A stretch of DNA of 64,000 nucleotides. Origin: a virus. Lineage: Duplodnaviria; Heunggongvirae; Uroviricota; Caudoviricetes. The stretch's first letter is position 1. Each line of letters starts with the position of its first letter. Both the position numbers and the translations under genes were made by a program. Below, piece after piece: positions 31,742 through 39,222 of this stretch. Under the pieces are notes generated by a model. The model was not told where the DNA came from and searched no databases. It saw nothing but the letters and a program-made list of their open reading frames with translations. The stretch is from the IMG/VR virus record IMGVR_UViG_3300037313_000650, one strand, 5' to 3'.

Positions 31742-32258
31742 TTAAAACAGTCTCGTTAATTAATCTTAAAGTTCTCATTTGAGCAATATCAGTAAGTGTC
31801 ACTGCTTCTACGGATACCCCAAATTTTTTCATTTCACTTCTTAATTTCTTTGTGATAGAATTGTCTATCTCCACATCTGTACAATCTTCCCAACTAGAAT
31901 TCATTACTATATGTTTAACAATTCCCATAGTAACGTCAGATATTGCATCAATAGAATCAAATACTTCAAGTGCAAATATTTTAATGTCTGAAATTTTATA
32001 CTTAACCATTGATTTAACTACTACATTCTTACCATCTTTTGTTACTAAGGACTGAGCAGGGATAGTAAGAGTTGTTAGTACAGTGTGTTGCTTAAATATA
32101 TCATCTAGGTAAGGAATTTTCAGATGAAGTCCCGGTTTACACACTCTGTTAAACTTACCACCTCTTAGCACTACTGCTTCCTGATATTCAGCTACCACAA
32201 ATACAGGAAATATCTCATGGAAGATAGAGAGTAAGAAATCTAATATCCTATCAAACAT
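31734..32258 (-). CDS. SPFH (band 7, HflK/C, prohibitin-like) domain protein with a hydrophobic N-terminus
   Basis: FPVFVVAEYQEAVVLRGGKF matches the start of the SPFH domain (v.p.g..gvv.rfGk). The N-terminus ILDFLLSIFHEIFPVFVV is hydrophobic. Its 3' end overlaps the start of the 1559-aa gene by 8 nt. Confidence 0.55.
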   Translation of the reverse strand: MFDRILDFLLSIFHEIFPVFVVAEYQEAVVLRGGKFNRVCKPGLHLKIPYLDDIFKQHTVLTTLTIPAQSLVTKDGKNVVVKSMVKYKISDIKIFALEVFDSIDAISDVTMGIVKHIVMNSSWEDCTDVEIDNSITKKLRSEMKKFGVSVEAVTLTDIAQMRTLRLINETVLNA

Positions 32259-32264
32259 ATTTGT

Positions 32265-33113
32265 TTATTTAATGTTTTTAAAGTATTTATTGTAATATTC
32301 CCACTCTTTCTTTTTCTGCATTTCTGCAAATTCACCATACCCTTTTTCAGTAGTGATATTGAATGCATCTAACCATGCATAGGATTTCTCCTGTTGTGCT
32401 AATTTTAATAATTCTCCATAGTTACCTTCTGAATTAAATATAGCATCCATTAAAATCTGCTCCTTTACAGCCCATTCATAATAGGGTGTAATTCTGGGAT
32501 TGAATGGAAACAAGATATTTCCTTCTTCATCTCTCATAGCACCCAAATACATTACATATAGCTCACCTTTTCTGAAAGGAGTATTGATTTTATCATCAGT
32601 AATACTAATCTGGTATTTTCCCGGCCTTGTCATATTTGGACATGCAGGGTGGCAATATGGATTTGAAGTAGGTGTAAGAGCTAATTCTGTCCAGTTTGTA
32701 TATTCAGCTTTAATTTCCAGATCAGTTAGTTTCTTAATTGTAACATTATAATTAGGAGCACCGCCAAGATTCTCTCTGGATAATTCAGCTTCATAGATTA
32801 TACTTCTGTCAAATGAGTTATCAAATGGATTCTTATATGCACTAATTACAGTGGTATTGGAACATTGCAGAGCGCACACATAATATAACTTCTCAAAATC
32901 TAGTGGTAAATCTGCTTGCCATTCTTCTACAGGGATAATCTTTTGTTTAATTTCCCTAATAGGCATACCTAGCTTATCATTACAGCGCATAACTGTTTTG
33001 ATAAGTTTACCTTCGTCAATTAACCCTTCATCATCAAACTTGCTCATAGACTGTTTGACAATTGCCATTAATTGACTTATAGGACGTAATTCAAATAATT
33101 TATTATTTGTCAT
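32265..33113 (-). CDS. hypothetical protein (282 aa)
   Basis: ORF; Cys-containing segment CHPACPNMTRPGKY. No assignment. Confidence 0.5.
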   Translation of the reverse strand: MTNNKLFELRPISQLMAIVKQSMSKFDDEGLIDEGKLIKTVMRCNDKLGMPIREIKQKIIPVEEWQADLPLDFEKLYYVCALQCSNTTVISAYKNPFDNSFDRSIIYEAELSRENLGGAPNYNVTIKKLTDLEIKAEYTNWTELALTPTSNPYCHPACPNMTRPGKYQISITDDKINTPFRKGELYVMYLGAMRDEEGNILFPFNPRITPYYEWAVKEQILMDAIFNSEGNYGELLKLAQQEKSYAWLDAFNITTEKGYGEFAEMQKKKEWEYYNKYFKNIK

Positions 33114-33258
33114 TTGATATTTTATTTCTAAGCTGTTCTCTAACTTTATCTGCTTCCATTAGCAGCTTTATGCCTTTTTCAAAGTAATCAGGAGCTTCTT
33201 CTTTTAATTCATTTAACTCCTCTGTTAACTTTTCTGCTTTCTCGATGAGTTTATCCAT
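33103..33258 (-). CDS. small coiled-coil ORF (51 aa, MDKLIEKAEKLTEELNELKEE...) below the ORF-track threshold
   Basis: ATG at 33258. Its stop overlaps the start of the downstream gene (ATGACAAATAA arrangement). It fills an otherwise empty 145-nt gap. Confidence 0.25.
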   Translation of the reverse strand: MDKLIEKAEKLTEELNELKEEAPDYFEKGIKLLMEADKVREQLRNKISNDK

Positions 33259-33260
33259 AA

Positions 33261-33980
33261 TTAGTTTTTCCTTTGATCGTTTTTATTAATCTCTTCATCT
33301 TCCTGCATTCTCTTAGTAACCCCTGCAATTTGTTCTAATGCCTTACTATACATTTCAGCAATAACCCAATCTGGAACTACAAACTTTGTATCAAGGAATT
33401 TTACACAACTATTATCATCTCCACATTCAGAACAACCTTCTTTTACATTAGAAACATCATCTTTATAGAACCCATAGAAATTAACCTTGTGAGGGTTAAC
33501 TTGTGGGAAATACCAATGACCATCTAAGAAGAATGCATACTTTTCCTTACTCATCTGTTGGTAAGGGTCTATTAGTTTATTTTGCCATTGAGTTGCAGTA
33601 GTGATTGTAAAAGAAGTTGAACCATCCAGAGATGTAATATTTTTCATTACAGGACCATCATTATCCAGCCACATTTCAGGAACTTTGGTTTTTGTTCTGT
33701 ATATCTTACATCTCGTTTTTATACTTAAACATTCAGGAATTGTAGATACTTCTATTACATCTCTTGCAGGAAGAGTTTGGAAGAAGTATGTATTTCTATA
33801 TATTCTTCCAGCAGATATTTCTCTCTTAATAAGCCATTGAGCATGTTCCAATAAAACATTATAGAGGAATTGATTCGTAAAGTTAGAATCAGCATTCCTC
33901 TCTCTTAACTTAGTTCTGAAAGTTTCAATTGCTTCTCTTTTTGTCATTTTATTTATTTTTCCAAACACTATGACCACCAA
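33261..33980 (-). CDS. hypothetical protein (239 aa)
   Basis: ORF. C-terminal part has a Cys cluster (CSECGDDNSC). Confidence 0.5.
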   Translation of the reverse strand: MVVIVFGKINKMTKREAIETFRTKLRERNADSNFTNQFLYNVLLEHAQWLIKREISAGRIYRNTYFFQTLPARDVIEVSTIPECLSIKTRCKIYRTKTKVPEMWLDNDGPVMKNITSLDGSTSFTITTATQWQNKLIDPYQQMSKEKYAFFLDGHWYFPQVNPHKVNFYGFYKDDVSNVKEGCSECGDDNSCVKFLDTKFVVPDWVIAEMYSKALEQIAGVTKRMQEDEEINKNDQRKN

Positions 33981-34470
33981 TTACAGCCCTTGAATCTCTT
34001 ATCTTTTCAGGGTTATTAGTGGCGTGTTCTTTTGCAAATTGATGCATTTCCCTGTGTGGTTCAAATGCATAGAATTGTAATATCTTATTATACTTTACAG
34101 CAGTTCTCCTTTCCCACTTCACCTTTGCTACCTTTCCTCTAGTTACTAGATTTACATAGTTTATTGATTGTCCTGCCTCATTTGAACCTTCCCTATCATA
34201 TGCTTTATACTTATAAGGTAGATATTGAAACTTTATTTCCCCTAAGTAACAACCCAATTTTACCCCTAAAGGATTATAAATACTTTCATACCTTATAGTT
34301 TCACATATATCTTCCCATCTTTTCTGAAACTCTTTCCAATTAATTTGTTTCTTATATTCAGGGAATTCAGAGATAAACTTTTTATATAACTCCTTGGAAA
34401 TCACTTGCATAGAGAAATCCTTCTTACCCATTCTAGGAGCCTTCTTATTTATATATATTGGTTTATTCAC
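33949..34470 (-). CDS. hypothetical protein (173 aa)
   Basis: ORF in the same orientation, overlapping the downstream gene by 32 nt. Confidence 0.45.
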   Translation of the reverse strand: MNKPIYINKKAPRMGKKDFSMQVISKELYKKFISEFPEYKKQINWKEFQKRWEDICETIRYESIYNPLGVKLGCYLGEIKFQYLPYKYKAYDREGSNEAGQSINYVNLVTRGKVAKVKWERRTAVKYNKILQFYAFEPHREMHQFAKEHATNNPEKIRDSRAVIGGHSVWKNK

Positions 34471-34547
34471 TTTAAAAATTAAAATTCAGGTAATATACAC
34501 TATGTAACAATATAATTAATTTTAGTCATAATTCAAAATTAACATAG

Positions 34548-34582
34548 TATATTAAATAATAAAGGGGTGTAGAAACACCCCC
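34548..34582 (-). terminator. intrinsic terminator (GTAGAAAC-loop hairpin family) after the phosphoesterase gene
   Basis: Minus strand reads GGGGTGTTTCTACACCCC followed by TTTATTATTTAAT. Perfect 7-bp stem. Confidence 0.55.
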
Positions 34583-34627
34583 TTGATGAAAAACTCATGT
34601 TTAAAATTAGTGCCCAAAGTTTAAATA

Positions 34628-35902
34628 TTACTCTAATAATCTTGTATATATGTTATGCAAACCACTTTTCTCTCTGATCAGGAAAGCTTGCATCTCTCCC
34701 GGTGTTAAATAACCACTCTTATGTTCCCATTTAGATTTAGAAGGTGTTAGAGCAGGAACCCTATAATGTTTGATTCCCTGATGATCTCCACTAAGTTCAT
34801 TATGTTTATCTCCCAAGAAGATATAATAATGGTTACATTTACCCCATTCCTTCCTGAACTCTACAGGGAATCTAACTGCTAATTCTTTACCATTCAGTTT
34901 GTCACCATGATTATACATAACTGCTGTATCACCATATCTTTCATACTTTCTTGGTTCAGTTTCATCATCATTCACTATAACTCTGTCATTGTTCCTATAG
35001 TAACATTTTAACCAATCAATCAAATGCCAACCTACATATTCATCATGGTTGCCGGGAACAAACAGAAGCTCTACACCATCTGCATACTCAAGTAGGTTTT
35101 CTATATTAGTCACTTCATGATTACATATTGCTCTAAAAGCATTATGGTGAGACATTAGATTTTCCTGAGGAGTTCCACCAGTTGTCATACTGTTCCATTC
35201 AGAGTTAAACTGATCAGAACCAACAATATATGTAATCTTTTCAAGATCGTTAAATGCAGAAGCTTCCTGAAGGATTTCTATTGTTTTTTCTTCAATCTGT
35301 GTAAATCTATCTTGTATATTATTTCTACCCTTTATATCTACTCTATTGAAGTGAGCATCTTGTTTGGGGAATACAAGTAGAGCTTTTTCTTTCTTGAATC
35401 CAAAGTCAAAATATTCAGCTACTACAGGAGCAGGTGTATAATCCTTTAAGAACTTTTGGAATGCTATGGAGAATACAGTAGCATCTTTAGGTTTGACTAG
35501 TTTAGCCTTAACCTGAAATAAAGGTTTTATAACCAGTTCTTTAGCAGCATTTTTAGCTCCTACTTCCCACTTATTACATTCCCATGAAGCTATTTCCCAT
35601 TCTTTTGTATCAATCTCACAATATTCAATCAAATCTTCTAGAGTGACGATTCTTCTATATGTTTTACCATCAACAAAACATTCACCTTTTTCATTGAATT
35701 TCTTATTGATGTATTCTTCTTGTTCAGCAATGATATTCTGAAGCTCTGCTTCTTTAGATCCAGATAGAATATCTTTTGCTGATAGTTTTGCTTTATAGAT
35801 AGTTTTCTTATCTGTTTTAAATAAGTTGGCTAGGTATCCAGCACCTTTTTTAAGGTATCCGGGTCTCTCTACAAATTTGTCAATAATGGCTTGTAAATTC
35901 AT
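34628..35902 (-). CDS. calcineurin-like metallophosphoesterase (424 aa)
   Basis: LFVPGNHDEY (GNHD/E motif), YNHGDK and GDKHNE His/Asp clusters typical of the metallophosphatase fold. N-terminal roughly 200 aa are extra. Confidence 0.55.
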   Translation of the reverse strand: MNLQAIIDKFVERPGYLKKGAGYLANLFKTDKKTIYKAKLSAKDILSGSKEAELQNIIAEQEEYINKKFNEKGECFVDGKTYRRIVTLEDLIEYCEIDTKEWEIASWECNKWEVGAKNAAKELVIKPLFQVKAKLVKPKDATVFSIAFQKFLKDYTPAPVVAEYFDFGFKKEKALLVFPKQDAHFNRVDIKGRNNIQDRFTQIEEKTIEILQEASAFNDLEKITYIVGSDQFNSEWNSMTTGGTPQENLMSHHNAFRAICNHEVTNIENLLEYADGVELLFVPGNHDEYVGWHLIDWLKCYYRNNDRVIVNDDETEPRKYERYGDTAVMYNHGDKLNGKELAVRFPVEFRKEWGKCNHYYIFLGDKHNELSGDHQGIKHYRVPALTPSKSKWEHKSGYLTPGEMQAFLIREKSGLHNIYTRLLE

Positions 35903-35917
35903 TTAGTTGTGTTTAGG

Positions 35918-35953
35918 TGGAAAAGAATAAAGGAGGTATTAACCCTCCTTTAT
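35918..35953 (-). terminator. perfect 10-bp hairpin overlapping the stop of the 58-aa ORF
   Basis: ATAAAGGAGG-tattaac-CCTCCTTTAT, followed on the minus strand by a T-rich tract (TTCTTTTCC). Confidence 0.35.
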
Positions 35954-36115
35954 TTCTTGGACTTTAGTTTGTATAAATTGAATTAATGGATTTGCAGTAA
36001 CCCAAGGAAGTTGACTTAATGAATTCAGTACTTGATTAAATTCAGATTCAGTGGCTTCAAGTTTGAATCTTTTTTCCTTAGGAGCCTGTGCTTGTTGTTG
36101 ATTTTTTTCTTCCAT
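35939..36115 (-). CDS. small ORF (58 aa, MEEKNQQQAQAPKEKRFKLEATESEF...)
   Basis: ATG at 36115 and stop at 35939 inside a perfect hairpin. Just under the ORF-track cutoff. It fills a gap between two genes. Confidence 0.3.
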   Translation of the reverse strand: MEEKNQQQAQAPKEKRFKLEATESEFNQVLNSLSQLPWVTANPLIQFIQTKVQEIKEG

Positions 36116-36174
36116 TTATTTTGATTTGTATATGTAAATAAACTTTACATTATATGTTACAGTTGTATAATACA

Positions 36175-36438
36175 TTATTCTTTAATAGGATTGAGTTCAA
36201 CAAGAGTATTGAAGTATTTTGGAATAAGATTACCTTTCAAATCTCTGCTGAATTGTAGTTTATTTGTTTCAGGATTTACAAAGGTTTCATATCCAAATTG
36301 AAAACTATCCCAACCTTTTAGGTAAGCTTTGAGATGTTTGTTATGAAAGTTGATTCCTTCTCTACCTTCTTTCTGAAGAATCTCTCTGTAATTCTGTGAA
36401 GTGATTGTTACTCCTAAATATTTCCTTTCGTATTTCAT
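36175..36438 (-). CDS. hypothetical small protein (about 87 aa; the track ORF 36175..36588 trimmed to an internal Met)
   Basis: The first 50 codons of the track ORF are low-complexity AT-rich read-through (MQILVNTHTNYHLHL...). They also overlap the upstream gene. MKYERKYLGVTITSQNYREILQKEG... beginning at 36438 looks protein-like. Confidence 0.4.
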   Translation of the reverse strand: MKYERKYLGVTITSQNYREILQKEGREGINFHNKHLKAYLKGWDSFQFGYETFVNPETNKLQFSRDLKGNLIPKYFNTLVELNPIKE

Positions 36439-36538
36439 GTATTTCAATTTATACGAATTTACTAAGTATAAGAAGATATAGGAAATATTTAGTGTTAATG
36501 TTATGTAATAATATAAGGAATATATTGTTAAGAAAATG

Positions 36539-36943
36539 TTAACGAGATGCAGATGGTAATTCGTATGTGTATTTACCAGAATCTGCATTCACCTTGATAG
36601 TATTTTTAAACATTTCCATACCTTTTTCTCCAGTATAGAGGTTATATAACGGCATATCTGTTTTCTTTTTCATGCTCCATAAATCAGTTATAGCACTATC
36701 CAAATCTACTCTCTTGTATAGATCATAGGAATGTTTGTATGATGTATTCAGTTGTTGCCATAATCCTAAGCTTCTTAATTTAACCTTTCCAGAAGTTTCC
36801 AGTTCCCTGATTACTTCTTGGCAGAGAATATAAGGTTGTCCTGAATAGTCACGTAAGTCCTTAAGTTCTTCCTTGTATGTTCCCCACTTTCCTTTCAGAA
36901 GTAGGTAGGTAGCCATTGATTTTTTCCAATCTGTAGTTTTCAT
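36539..36943 (-). CDS. paralogue A of a tandem three-gene family (134 aa)
   Basis: N-terminal domain WKKSMATYLLLKGKWGTYKEELKDLRDYSGQPYILCQEVIRELETSGKVKL is shared with the two adjacent genes. Confidence 0.55.
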   Translation of the reverse strand: MKTTDWKKSMATYLLLKGKWGTYKEELKDLRDYSGQPYILCQEVIRELETSGKVKLRSLGLWQQLNTSYKHSYDLYKRVDLDSAITDLWSMKKKTDMPLYNLYTGEKGMEMFKNTIKVNADSGKYTYELPSASR

Positions 36944-37245
36944 ACATCGTATACTTTCAATTTTTCTATCTCCATTTTTATTCTATATTCATCCATTTTC
37001 TTTTGATGTTCAGCCATTTCTATGTTGTATATCTGCTGCTGAAGTTTTATTTTATCAAATACAGATTCAGTAGATTTTAATTTTATCTTCTTTTCAGCTT
37101 CTAGACCACGTAAGATTATTCTACATATAGATTCAGTCATTCCAGAAAAATCTATCAAATCATCAACTTCTTCCTGAAGAGTACCATAAGTCCCTTTAAG
37201 AAGAATATAAGTAATCATTGATTTTATTTTATCTTGTTCTGTCAT
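36940..37245 (-). CDS. paralogue B of the tandem family (101 aa)
   Basis: KSMITYILLKGTYGTLQEEVDDLIDFSGMTESICRIILRGLEAEKKIKL. Overlaps its neighbours by 4 nt. Confidence 0.55.
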   Translation of the reverse strand: MTEQDKIKSMITYILLKGTYGTLQEEVDDLIDFSGMTESICRIILRGLEAEKKIKLKSTESVFDKIKLQQQIYNIEMAEHQKKMDEYRIKMEIEKLKVYDV

Positions 37246-37508
37246 ATAGAAGGTTTTGGTACAAGCTTAAAAGTTCTTGTTGGGTCTTTTACCCATACAT
37301 TCATATTGCTGAAAGGGTTGAATAATTTTATCTTCTTATTTTCATCACACCATTTTATTACCTCTGCACAAAAATTAACATCCTGCCCTGAATAGTCTAC
37401 TAAATCATGAAGTTCTGTTGCAAACATTCCCCATGTTCCTTTTAACATTAGGTAAGTGATCATTGATTTTCTCCATTGTTCATCTGTCATAAAATTCTCT
37501 TCCTGCAT
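37242..37508 (-). CDS. paralogue C of the tandem family (88 aa)
   Basis: WRKSMITYLMLKGTWGMFATELHDLVDYSGQDVNFCAEVIKWCDENKKIKL. First gene after the divergent control region. Confidence 0.55.
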   Translation of the reverse strand: MQEENFMTDEQWRKSMITYLMLKGTWGMFATELHDLVDYSGQDVNFCAEVIKWCDENKKIKLFNPFSNMNVWVKDPTRTFKLVPKPSI

Positions 37509-37608
37509 AGAACAAATTTAAAAAACTTCTACAACTTTTCATACTTAAAAAAGTTAAACAAAATAATATATAGCGCAAATCCGCTACCAGTAAGGATTTC
37601 ATGGGAAG

Positions 37609-37710
37609 TTTTTTGATATACATCAAATGTTTTTTGATATACATCATAAAACTAGCTGTATACATCAAATTTCTAAAAAAATATTTAACATACTTTGATG
37701 TATTTGTCAT
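37609..37710. promoter_or_regulatory. cluster of 10 to 14-bp palindromic repeats (core ATACATCAAA) in the divergent intergenic region. Candidate operator, iterons or origin.
   Basis: TTTTTTGATATACATCA repeated directly at 37609 and 37630 (21-bp period). TGTATACATCAAAT at 37657..37670. An inverted copy TTTGATGTAT at 37695..37704. All lie in an AT-rich 257-bp region between divergently transcribed genes. Confidence 0.5.
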
Positions 37711-37765
37711 AGTTTTATAGTATATTTGCTTAGAATTTATTACAATTTTATACAAAAACGTTTAT

Positions 37766-38191
37766 ATGTCACAGATAGTATACTCACACCAAAAGATAAA
37801 TCATGAAACCGGAGAAGTTACAGAATCCAAGTTTGTAAAAAAAGAAGTAAAGAGTACGGATGAGTTCATATTCCTATATATAAAACATATAGGAACTCTA
37901 GCAAAACTTCCTTCTTGTGAACTTAAAACTTTAATATGCTTATCTTCTCATATTAATTGGGAAACAGGTGATATAGGTTTATCTCCAAATATTGTAGATG
38001 AAGTACAGAATTGCTCAGAGTTGACTATCTCTTCTATACGTTCAGCTATATCAAGGCTTGCAAAGAAGAATTTTCTGCAAAAGGTGAAGAATAATTGGTA
38101 TAGAATAAATCCAGATATCTTCTGGAGAGGTTCTGAAATTAAGAGACAAAAAATGTTTGAATTAACTTATCAGTGGGAAATAAAAGAGTAG
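37766..38191 (+). CDS. winged helix-turn-helix DNA-binding protein (141 aa), regulator or replication-initiator-like
   Basis: The only plus-strand gene in the window. The C-terminal LTISSIRSAISRLAKKNFLQKV is a classic wHTH recognition helix as in MarR/Rep-type proteins. It is adjacent to the repeat cluster. Confidence 0.55.
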   Translation: MSQIVYSHQKINHETGEVTESKFVKKEVKSTDEFIFLYIKHIGTLAKLPSCELKTLICLSSHINWETGDIGLSPNIVDEVQNCSELTISSIRSAISRLAKKNFLQKVKNNWYRINPDIFWRGSEIKRQKMFELTYQWEIKE

Positions 38192-38255
38192 GAATTTTAA
38201 ATTCCTATAATTAAAAATTTTTTATTTTAATATAGGAATTTAAAATATTTATGTG

Positions 38256-38340
38256 TGGAAGTGGTTGGAATCGAACCAACACCTGTACAGGGCTGCGATT
38301 TTACAGATCGTCCTACCTAACCAATAGGTAGCTCACTTCC
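38256..38340 (-). tRNA. tRNA-Tyr(GTA), class II
   Basis: Acceptor GGAAGTG/CACTTCC. Anticodon loop cTGTAaa. Long variable arm. T-arm GTTGG-TTCGATT-CCAAC. Confidence 0.7.
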
Positions 38341-38416
38341 ATGATAAACTAAATTTTACGTAATAAACTTACCTAGTTTATTATATAAAAACAAGGTTAC
38401 TATATTGATAATCAAG

Positions 38417-38499
38417 TGGAGAGTACAGGATTCGAACCTGTGTCACCAAAGATGACCTTCCATTAGCAACGGAGTACATTACCCCTCTGTCAACTCTCC
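38417..38499 (-). tRNA. tRNA-Ser(GCT), class II
   Basis: Acceptor GGAGAGT/ACTCTCC. Anticodon loop tTGCTaa. Variable arm GTCA-TCTTTGG-TGAC. T-arm ACAGG-TTCGAAT-CCTGT. Confidence 0.65.
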
Positions 38500-38578
38500 A
38501 TTTAGATATCGGAAAATTTCCGATAATGTTGGATATATTATACAAATTCACTCATTTTGTTGACAATATCCAGCATTG

Positions 38579-38663
38579 CGGTGGGTAGAGGAATCGAACC
38601 CCTGTCAGTGTTACCTGCCTTTAATTTTCAAGATTACGCCATTACCAACTCTGGCAACCCACC
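38579..38663 (-). tRNA. tRNA-Ser(TGA), class II
   Basis: Acceptor GGTGGGT/ACCCACC. Anticodon loop cTTGAaa, with one mismatch in the anticodon stem. Long variable arm. T-loop TTCGATT. Confidence 0.55.
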
Positions 38664-38738
38664 AAATTATATCCAGCCAAAACTACCCCAAAAAGTAGAG
38701 TTTTGGCCGGATATAATGAATCTATATCTCGCCAAAAG

Positions 38739-38819
38739 TGCTCCTGAAAGGATTCGAACCTTCACGCCGAAGCAAGGGTTTTTAAGACCCTCATGTACTA
38801 CCAATTTCATCACAGGAGC
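38739..38819 (-). tRNA. tRNA-Leu(TAA), class II
   Basis: Acceptor GCTCCTG/CAGGAGC. Anticodon stem AGGGT/ACCCT with loop cTTAAaa. Long variable arm. T-loop TTCGAAT. Confidence 0.65.
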
Positions 38820-38824
38820 ATTTG

Positions 38825-38899
38825 TACACCTAGTCAGATTCGAACTGACACTACCATGTTCCTAAGACATGTGACTCCTTCCGATTGGTCTATAGGTGC
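38825..38899 (-). tRNA. atypical tRNA with anticodon TAG (Leu-like) but a short variable loop and a 12-nt D-loop
   Basis: Acceptor GCACCTA/TAGGTGT (G1:U72). Anticodon stem CATGT/ACATG with loop cTTAGga. T-arm GTCAG-TTCGAAT-CTGAC. No long extra arm. Confidence 0.45.
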
Positions 38900-38900
38900 A

Positions 38901-38936
38901 TAAAATAAAAATCCCGACCTTTTTGAGATCGGGATT
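38901..38936 (-). terminator. hairpin plus U-run (intrinsic-terminator-like) directly abutting the 5' end of the downstream tRNA
   Basis: Minus strand reads AATCCCGATCTCAAAAAGGTCGGGATT followed by TTTATTTTA. Stem is 8 bp. tRNA 5' end is at 38899. Confidence 0.5.
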
Positions 38937-39222
38937 CTTGTAATAGTAAAAGTAAAATCTAAAACATACTATTCCCAATCTCTTGTAAATTCAAGAGTGA
39001 TAAACTGGAATAATATGATAGTAATTTTTTCATTTTTAAATAAGGTAAATAGTTTGTTTGAGCCTGTCTTCTGGAACACTCCTTACTTTTCTGACATTTG
39101 CTCTCAGTATAGTCTAGTCGGTACTTCCTAACCTTTCTCAGCCTTTCAGAGGCTTACTACTTCGGTAGGTTTCAGAATTTTAAGACCTCATACAATTTTA
39201 TAGTGTTACTCTCAAAAGAACT

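Noticed and set aside
36439-36588. N-terminal 50 codons of track ORF 36175..36588
   Set aside because: Low-complexity read-through of AT-rich DNA that overlaps the upstream gene. An internal Met at 36438 is the more plausible start.
37609-37710. Possible CRISPR array
   Set aside because: Only 3 to 4 short (10-17 bp) partly inverted repeats with irregular spacing, no unique spacers of uniform length, and no cas genes. Better explained as operator or iteron repeats.
37480-37755. Minus-strand 91-aa ORF covering the divergent intergenic region
   Set aside because: Lies entirely over the AT-rich repeat-containing control region. Low-complexity translation (MYIKKHLMYIKK). More likely non-coding regulatory DNA.
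38557-38865. ORFs overlapping tRNA genes (38557..38865 +, 41106..41363 +, 41269..41457 -, 43920..44144 -)
   Set aside because: Each spans two or more well-folded tRNA genes. Translations such as GIEPL, GFEPL and RIRT are just the reading of tRNA T-arms.
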